A stretch of 64,000 bases of DNA, taken from assembly GCF_009914755.1 (NCBI RefSeq), contig NC_060941.1, one strand, 5' to 3'. The notes under the pieces were generated by a model. The model had not been told where the DNA came from. It was given only the letters and a program-made list of their open reading frames with translations, and did not search any database. Both the position numbers and the translations under genes were made by a program. Positions 62,851 to 64,000 of this stretch are shown here, one piece after another (position 1 is the first letter of the stretch; each line of letters opens with the position of its first letter). The stretch comes from the human T2T-CHM13v2.0 reference genome, Homo sapiens.

Positions 62851-64000
62851 AACTATGATGGCACCCTTTTTTACTGTTTTTACACTTCTGTCTCCACTTG
62901 TAAGCTCCATGAGGCCTGGGACCATGGTCATGGACTGTGCCCAGCACAGCACTGGGCATGTGAGGGACGCAGGTGGATGGTGAGTGTGTACCCCTGCTGA
63001 GCCAGCTCCCACCACGGGTGCTGTGCACTCCCCTGTGCAGGTGCATCCTCAGGGACTGGGAGAGAGACAGGTGAGAGTGGCCACAAAATAATCTGACATC
63101 GTGATCCTGTCTTGGGCTCACAATGTGCACCAGGCGCCTAACCCTGGCCTACATTTACAGAGCTCCTGGGCCATTGAGAAGAACTAGGTCCAAGCTTTGT
63201 AGGCATGGAGAGAATGGGGATAGAGAATGGTTGGAAAAGGTTCATCTGGGATGGCCTGCTGGAGGGGGCGAGCTTTAAGCTAGATTTTGACTATGAGACA
63301 ACAGAGCTCAGGAATGTGAGGTGGGGGGACCCTATAGATGGAAGTTCACACCACCTGGCCTGGTCTGAACCTAGATCCTCCCCAGCCATCTGCCCTCTGA
63401 CAGGGCCTACAACCCCTGTGCCGTGGTCTGGCCTGGTTTACCTCACCAGCCCACAGGGCTCCTGCCTTCGGGTTTAGCCTGATGTCTACTGCTGGGCCTA
63501 GAGTCCCAGGAATACACTGATAATCCCCACACCAGCAAACATAGGGACAGCTGAGGTGTGGGCTTGGGAGAGCCATATCTCTAGGACTTCTCCCCGTAAG
63601 AAGGGTCTACAGTTGGCCGTGGAAGGCAGGTGGGAGGTAACGGAGGCCTCGGGAGGCCAGGAGTCAGCAAGGCCACCTCTGGTCTCCGAGTCAGGCTGAC
63701 CACTGGGTGAGGCTGCCAGAGCTCTACCCAGTATGTGTCAGAGAAGCTTCAGGCCGCTGAGGATAGAGCTGGTCCCCAGGTGGAGCTCTGCAGCCAGTCT
63801 TTGGGCTTGCTGGGCATTCCAGGTCCTGTGAAGGCCCTCGGGAGTGGTGACCTTCCCCAGGCACAGCTTGGGTTTTGGCTCTGGGTGCCTCTCTGCAAAC
63901 CCATCTAACCAAGGGCTGCCTGCCTCTTCCCAAGCTAGCGTGTCTGAGGGTGCTACCTCCTGCTCATCTTTTGATTCTCACCCAGACTTCACCTACTCCA

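Overview
Human (primate) genomic DNA, recognisable from its protein sequences as the RHOT1-RHBDL3 interval (chr17q11.2 from recall). It runs, on the + strand, from the last coding exon and 3' UTR of RHOT1 (Miro1 transmembrane anchor, 386-~1500), through a ~40 kb Alu/L1/L2/MaLR-rich intergenic stretch with a UBL5 processed pseudogene (- strand, ~3526-3955), to a CpG-island promoter and the first three coding exons of RHBDL3 (41960-42070, a 24-nt microexon at 43672-43695, and 60429-60587, together encoding the N-terminal EF-hand region). Almost all ORFs in the supplied track are Alu-derived or GC/low-complexity artefacts. I found no prokaryotic-type system (CRISPR array, operon, defence island). 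The most interesting signals concern RNA processing and translation: a frame-compatible distal terminal exon that could give an anchor-less Miro1, a neural-type microexon supplying the first EF-hand helix, a strong-Kozak in-frame uORF, a candidate internal first exon (M-A-E) that would join exon 3 in frame, tandem Pumilio elements, two retroinsertions stacked at one target site, and a 19-bp VNTR with higher-order structure. Repeat-family calls and boundaries were made by eye and are approximate.
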